Shown here: positions 24,501 through 29,001 of the stretch, in pieces
Position numbering within the stretch: position 1 is the stretch's first letter
Layout of the letters: the number at the start of each line of letters is the position of its first letter
DNA from: a virus
Taxonomy: Duplodnaviria; Caudoviricetes
DNA length: 29,001 bases
Strand: one strand, 5' to 3'
IMG/VR virus record: IMGVR_UViG_3300012953_000157
Location: 1 to 29,001 of that record
Made by a program: the position numbers and the translations under genes
Notes under the pieces: model-generated
The model's input: the letters and a program-made list of their open reading frames with translations, nothing else
Database searches by the model: none
Told to the model about the DNA's origin: nothing

Positions 24501-26468
24501 GCTGAATTGGCTTTAGCGGAACAGAAGCTTGAGCAGATGAGCATATTTTCAGAAGAATATGCAAATCAAATCGAATTGATAAAAGAATTAACAAGGGAAA
24601 TAGAGTTATCTCAAAGTGGTGTTGACGATAAAATAGAGAAATTTAAAAGAGAAGCAGAAGAGATATCAAAATTTCTAGAAGGCGTGAAGGGGTGGGGTGA
24701 ACCTGCGGCAGAAGTACTTGCAAGCATCCAGCCAGATGAATTAAAAATGGAAGATGCGGCAAGCCTGGCAGAAGCGGCCGGCCTTGATCCGTCAGACAAT
24801 CTTCTAATTGAGATGCTTCAAAAATACATTGATCTTGTAAACAAGTATCCACAGATAATGGAGGAAGCAAAAGCTGCTGCGGACGCAAAAGCTGAAAAGA
24901 AGGCAGGAAAGATAGAGGATAAAAGAACAGGCGCAGTAGAGAAAAGTTTAGAGAGAAGAATAGACAAGGCCAATGATCTGCTTCTTTCAGAAGTAGAAAA
25001 AATAAAACTAGAAATTGGCGCATGGGAGATAAGCGACGACTTCAAAGCCGCGACTGATGAGCAGCGGCAATTAATGAAAGACTATTACGATGAGTTGCTT
25101 AAAGAGGCAAAAGAGGCAGACGAAAGGAAGGAGGAAGAGGAAGAGGAGGCTGATAAAGAAAATGTAGCCATGTTCGACATGTTCGCCCACGCGAAGAAAT
25201 CTCTGAAGGTGATATTTGTCGACTGGTTTAAGGAGAAAGTCCAGAAGCTTTGGGAGAACCTGCCAGAAGAAGTACAGAAAAAGCTGAACATCGCGTTCAA
25301 AAAGCTTGGAACAGCAATGGCAGCGTTTAGGTTCTTCGTCAAAGATTTACCGTCTGCCGTTATGGGCATGTTTGGAATTAGCGGTGGGTGGAAGGGTCTT
25401 ATACAGGCTTCCATGCAGGGCGGTGGTGCCGATACCGTTATCGCGGCGTCAAACGAACTAATTGAAGGGATAAACAGGCTTCCAGATGACTTTGCGGCCA
25501 TCGTTCAAACAATGGTCAACCAACTGGGGACCCTTATCAATGGATTCCTGTCGACCCTGCCAAGAATTATAGAGTCATTAAGCGAAAGAATCCCTCAACT
25601 TATATTCACCATAATGGAGGCAATCCCATCGTTTATAGACGCAATATCCGCGTTTATTCCTGGACTGGTTGCTTCAATACCAGAGTTGGTCGCGGGCGTA
25701 CTAAACAGGCTTCCAGACATCATCACTTCACTGCTGGATGCGGTGGTTGTTTCAATACAATCTATAACCTCTATCTTACCAGAATTGGTAGAAGGCATAA
25801 TCGCTGCCCTTCCAGAAATAATTTCTGCATTATTGACTGCTATCCCAGATATTGTCGGCGCCATCATAGAGGTTATCCCTCAACTTATTGCAGCCATAAT
25901 AAGGGCGATACCAGAAATTCTAAGAATGCTGGTAATGCTGGTTCCAGAAATAATACTCATGATTGTAAGGCTTATACCTGAAATCATAATGGGATTTATT
26001 AATGGAATCCCAGCGATGGTGGATGCCTTTGTTGATGGAATCAAGAACAAATTGTTCAACAAAGATTTCTGGAGGGGGATAGGCGAAAACCTAAAGCTTA
26101 TGTGGCAGGGATTTATTGAGGACTTCAAAGCATCTTTCCGGCCTAGAGGAAAAGGCTCGGATGGTGAGGTTCTTCACTCTGGTACACCAATGATACCAAG
26201 AACTGGTTATGCTCTATTAGAGAAGGGTGAAGCTGTTGTTCCTGCATCAGAAAACCCATGGAATCCAGCCAATAAGGGCAAGTCCAAGGGTGTTGGAGGA
26301 TCTTCAGATATTTCCCTGACAGTTAACGCAGATGGTCAGTTATTAGATAGTATACTTGTTAAGGCTGGAAGGCAGGGTCGCGCACCAGAACTATTTAAAA
26401 CAATGAGAAAGGGGAGCGGGGTTACTCTTGGATTTGATAGAGGAAACTTTGCACCGAAAAGTAGATAA
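21585..26468 (+). CDS. Tail tape measure protein (TP901-type core)
   Basis: 1627 aa; 'FEKKMSEIGAVT...ARKLGATTAFTATEAAEGMIELARAG', 'LAEAMKYAG', 'GLEGSLAGT'; 11-residue amphipathic repeats; C-terminal 'HSG...ALLEKGEAVVP'. Confidence 0.95.
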   Translation: MASLKQQEFKIKLELNTIAFNQQLSAAERRVEIGKKKAELIKNKQAQALELETKRKEEAAARATKARQREQDKQTALVKKGEKERQDEVDKALREEERKRKAAYRSMINQYKRFNQKLNRIASMGVGAIKTGAIGVGFAGAAGLTNVIKTGATFEKKMSEIGAVTQATDADMEAMEKTARKLGATTAFTATEAAEGMIELARAGLSTDEIIKTIPNTLNLAGATNYSLARSTRVVVASMKQFGIQAADSGRVVDVLAEATRKSLLDMPSLAEAMKYAGTVGAGFKMSLEQTVAGVAAFRNMGLEGSLAGTNFRMAMASAAKQTKAKTKALKKLDIAFSEINPEQNNFLQILRKIGQANAGVTEGQVIFGQRAGANVITLARNVKILDDLNAEIKTLQDTTAESSLTDEQKKERIKELNKELKDAKAGMTDLEEIEKMLTEASEDGGAALQMYTDSLDNVAGQGRIAFSAFQELNKTIFDMFKVPLKEFLRDLATELFALKVEVDNVAGGVEELAEEAFQSLLSMLSENTVAIAEGLVGAFKTFLKISDDLIDSFSENSEKIIELITKISEFIVWLGRTVFAMAEVVVESEYLIKLFALMFGVTKLVTFATWIGNITTAFKAASVAATTFHVKMGAIGLAILAAATAYKAYAERAEVAADRELHLWRMRNEEDYRKKFFKDHQGELAQALFSDPDATGRGEDDTAFSGIVDRGGDGGLMVRVGATAVDPRWAAKELLKELGESKALQTPHGKVDIQGIISEQISSTIMTAMTDFDSIMTAARGGAGLRNLGNELQKEVLREAYTKAKADLEFMYGAADRGPGSEFNKALSELNRAFGLFTTSDDFDLKISEGFQKSIVTLLEEQRKGGGVFQNMSGAGKSWMKLVQIAAGQQRESLKSTREAEAAAAEAEEALREAEDAANDTGGGGGGGIGGPGVKEDKDRERAVKKVVALWERVNKLQETRINRRGAEEAKAELALAEQKLEQMSIFSEEYANQIELIKELTREIELSQSGVDDKIEKFKREAEEISKFLEGVKGWGEPAAEVLASIQPDELKMEDAASLAEAAGLDPSDNLLIEMLQKYIDLVNKYPQIMEEAKAAADAKAEKKAGKIEDKRTGAVEKSLERRIDKANDLLLSEVEKIKLEIGAWEISDDFKAATDEQRQLMKDYYDELLKEAKEADERKEEEEEEADKENVAMFDMFAHAKKSLKVIFVDWFKEKVQKLWENLPEEVQKKLNIAFKKLGTAMAAFRFFVKDLPSAVMGMFGISGGWKGLIQASMQGGGADTVIAASNELIEGINRLPDDFAAIVQTMVNQLGTLINGFLSTLPRIIESLSERIPQLIFTIMEAIPSFIDAISAFIPGLVASIPELVAGVLNRLPDIITSLLDAVVVSIQSITSILPELVEGIIAALPEIISALLTAIPDIVGAIIEVIPQLIAAIIRAIPEILRMLVMLVPEIILMIVRLIPEIIMGFINGIPAMVDAFVDGIKNKLFNKDFWRGIGENLKLMWQGFIEDFKASFRPRGKGSDGEVLHSGTPMIPRTGYALLEKGEAVVPASENPWNPANKGKSKGVGGSSDISLTVNADGQLLDSILVKAGRQGRAPELFKTMRKGSGVTLGFDRGNFAPKSR
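25480..26030 (+). repeat. 11-residue periodic repeat within the tape measure protein (approximate bounds)
   Basis: LPRIIESLSER/IPQLIFTIMEA/IPSFIDAISAF...LPELVEGIIAA/LPEIISALLTA/IPDIVGAIIEV/IPQLIAAIIRA/IPEILRMLVML/VPEIILMIVRL. Confidence 0.85.
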
Positions 26469-26478
26469 GAGGTAATAA

Positions 26479-29001
26479 ATGGGTTTTCCAACCGCTAATT
26501 CTCAGAATCCCAAGCAGTTTGTAATCATGCAGGACCCCACTCTTGCTGAATCCAAGATGCATTCATCTACTGAAAACGGTGCTTATGTTAAGACTGCTGT
26601 TCCAGATAGCTCCAATGAGGGGGATATGGTTCCCTTTGTTCAGCAGCGATCAAATGTATCCACAACCCTATCGAAAAAAGATTTGTATGAGTATAGAAGT
26701 GGTGGTCTAATCAACAACGCTGAGTGGGGATGGAAATTAGACACCGATCTCGATGATCAGTATCGGGGGATGGATGACGTGATGTTCATCCAAAACGCAC
26801 AGGCCCCATTTACAACTGCAGCAGATTATTATGGATACGGTCAATGCGTTGCCGTTAGCCAGCAGTTCAATAGAGTATTGATTTATAAGATTCAATCCGG
26901 GGACACCGATACAACACTATCCCTTAGATATAGAGATTTAGACGGAGATCCTTACGTTTGGACTAGCGCGTCAGTTGCGCTTTCAAAGCCAAAGCTAACA
27001 TCAGAGACAGCAATTACAGCATGTGTTGAGTTGCCGGACGGGTCGATGCGTCTCTTCGTAAAAACAGCACCCACAAGCACTTCACATGATTTTGATTTAT
27101 ATAGCTCAAGTGACGGGGGTTTAACTTGGTCGTTAATGCAGACGGATCTGTTTAAAACATGGGGCGGCTCTGATGCGGTAGCGTTTGGATCTCTATATGG
27201 TTTTGTTTGGGGCAACGCTGATATTTCTGGTGACTGGATAAGACTGTCTTGTGTTTACTACAATAACACAAGTGGAGCAAAGACAGTCAGGACACTTGTA
27301 AGTGGTGATAGGGGGGCAACATTTAAAGAAACAACTGCTATTGCAAGCGTGATAGAGGGTTCTAGAACAACGGGTAGCGGCCCGAATCGTTGGGTGTTTG
27401 ATATAGTGGGTGCAGGAAGTGCTGACGGAGCCTTCTATATGGTCGTAACCGTAACGGACAGTGGCAGCACAAAGTATTATCGGTACACGGCTACTGTAGA
27501 CGGTGATTGGGTGATCCTAGACTCTAATGGGTGGTTCGTGAACCAATACCCTGCTGTAGGCGCAGCAGTCGTTGGCTATATTGACAAAATATTAAGGGCC
27601 GCATTGTTTTGTGATGGAAGCTATATATACGAAGTCATTATCTCCCAAGAAGGAACCGAGTCAGGCGGCGCGTTCACAAGCTCAAACACGATATGGAACA
27701 TCGTTAAGATCCCTGTATCCCAATTAGAGGTTTATACATATTTGCAGAACATATCCGCCAGATTTGGCGACTTGGTGAGCGGTGAAGGCGGTGCCCTCAT
27801 TTATAGAAGTGGTTCAAGATACGAGCCAGCATTTTTACGGATAAAGCAAGCGGGTGATAGAGCAGTAGTGTGTATGGGGCTAACAGATCCAGGTGCGGCG
27901 ACTGTAGGGGATGCAGTATCATTTTCTTGCGTTTCGTATATAAGGGGATGGTCTAGAAAGACGATAAGAACCACAGCACCAGACAATTTAGAGCCTACCG
28001 TTAATTTAGAACAAGGAACCTATAGCCAAAACTATCTATTCAATACTGTATGGCAGAGTTGCTTAGGCGCACCAGACTTGGCAACGCATGGTCCAGTCGG
28101 GACCAGTCCTTGGCAGATCAGCACATCTGGGGGTGTCACCGAAACGTGGTCGCCAACCGCGTTGGTGTTGACAAACACAGTGCCGGCCGCATCATCCGCT
28201 ATTGAGTACACGCAATCGGGAACATCGGTATTTGATGGAATGAATAACGGGTTTATTGTATTTAGAGTGAACGTTAACACTAACCATTCCTCAAACGAAC
28301 TGTGGTCCGCTACAACTGGTGGTGCACCGCTCATTGGTGCCAAAATAACCGCAACAAGACTGAACGGTAGTACCTATGAAAAAGTTACCGTCTATATAGC
28401 GTTTGGTAGTCAGGGTGTTGTAGAGTTGCGGCAAACAGGCGCAACCTTACTAAGGCTAGGCGGTATTTCTTTCAGTCCTGGCTCTGGAAGCGCGGCAGAT
28501 GGTGCTGGATACGCTGATATTAGGGTGATGTTTCGCGTTGATAGCGGTACCCCGTATGTCAAATTGTCGGCATCTACATCGTCAGGTTCAGGAAATACTT
28601 TCATCACTACAGATAGCGCGGCCTTGGGTGGGGTAATAACGAATCCAACACCACTAGATTCTGAGATAGAGTTTGGGCATTTAGGCACAAAAGCAGGGAC
28701 GGACAATAGGAAGTCATACTGGAAAGCCATTTATGCGGTAAATTCTGATTACGATCAGTTCAATTTTGTTAACCCAACAAACCAGAGGGGGGTGACCTAC
28801 ACTCCCCATGAATCATACTTGTCTGAAGGAATCTATTTGAAGTGGGGTGGTAGTGCTGGAGTAATAGGCGACAAGTGGCATTTAGATCCTGGATATGATT
28901 ATCCCAAAGAAGCGATAAAAGTTGTTAGTCCAAACGTTAGGTGGAGAAGCGAAAACGATACCGACAATCAGTACATACAATTCGAGGCTGACGCGTCTTC
29001 A
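26479..29001 (+). CDS. Large tail-tip protein with BNR/Asp-box repeats (3'-truncated by the window)
   Basis: Absent from the ORF track because it has no stop. ATG 26479 with a GAGGT RBS; read by hand as open for 841 codons to the window end (MGFPTANSQNPKQFVIMQDP...). Asp-boxes 'YSSSDGGLTW' (27100-27129) and 'VSGDRGATF' (27298-27324). Confidence 0.85.
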   Translation, partial: MGFPTANSQNPKQFVIMQDPTLAESKMHSSTENGAYVKTAVPDSSNEGDMVPFVQQRSNVSTTLSKKDLYEYRSGGLINNAEWGWKLDTDLDDQYRGMDDVMFIQNAQAPFTTAADYYGYGQCVAVSQQFNRVLIYKIQSGDTDTTLSLRYRDLDGDPYVWTSASVALSKPKLTSETAITACVELPDGSMRLFVKTAPTSTSHDFDLYSSSDGGLTWSLMQTDLFKTWGGSDAVAFGSLYGFVWGNADISGDWIRLSCVYYNNTSGAKTVRTLVSGDRGATFKETTAIASVIEGSRTTGSGPNRWVFDIVGAGSADGAFYMVVTVTDSGSTKYYRYTATVDGDWVILDSNGWFVNQYPAVGAAVVGYIDKILRAALFCDGSYIYEVIISQEGTESGGAFTSSNTIWNIVKIPVSQLEVYTYLQNISARFGDLVSGEGGALIYRSGSRYEPAFLRIKQAGDRAVVCMGLTDPGAATVGDAVSFSCVSYIRGWSRKTIRTTAPDNLEPTVNLEQGTYSQNYLFNTVWQSCLGAPDLATHGPVGTSPWQISTSGGVTETWSPTALVLTNTVPAASSAIEYTQSGTSVFDGMNNGFIVFRVNVNTNHSSNELWSATTGGAPLIGAKITATRLNGSTYEKVTVYIAFGSQGVVELRQTGATLLRLGGISFSPGSGSAADGAGYADIRVMFRVDSGTPYVKLSASTSSGSGNTFITTDSAALGGVITNPTPLDSEIEFGHLGTKAGTDNRKSYWKAIYAVNSDYDQFNFVNPTNQRGVTYTPHESYLSEGIYLKWGGSAGVIGDKWHLDPGYDYPKEAIKVVSPNVRWRSENDTDNQYIQFEADASS

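Noticed and set aside
446-28730. Many minus-strand ORFs of 60-176 aa in the ORF track (e.g. 20915-21445, 25085-25501, 26952-28730)
   Set aside because: They lie antisense to well-supported + strand genes, lack recognisable motifs, and are consistent with codon-bias shadows. Those after 26479 are the shadow of the unlisted + strand tail ORF.

Overview
This window is a gene-dense segment of a tailed dsDNA phage (siphovirus-like, HK97-type head), and every credible gene lies on the + strand. The gene order is: (1) recombination/replication genes (Cas4/RecB-like PD-(D/E)XK exonuclease, Sak4-like AAA ATPase, SSB, initiator-like protein, T7 gp4/Twinkle-type primase-helicase); (2) a compact predicted DNA-base hypermodification cassette (ParB-domain protein, TET/JBP 2OG-Fe(II) dioxygenase, P-loop kinase, aGPT-Pplase/amino acid:DNA transferase-like protein, dUTPase) located where terminase genes usually precede the portal; (3) head genes (portal, protease/scaffold, major capsid); (4) neck genes; (5) two zinc-ribbon (Mu Com-like) genes; (6) tail genes (tube, chaperone with a -1 frameshift, 1627-aa tape measure, and a >=841-aa Asp-box tail protein that runs off the window and is absent from the ORF track). 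The strongest candidates for novelty are the TET-kinase-transferase cassette with no methyltransferase or dUMP hydroxymethylase in the window, and a recurrent GACGCY-Nx-AAGRYGC leader element upstream of structural-gene starts next to the Com-like zinc-ribbon genes. No terminase, DNA polymerase, integrase, lysis gene, tRNA or CRISPR array was recognised. All family calls come from reading motifs by eye; no searches were run.
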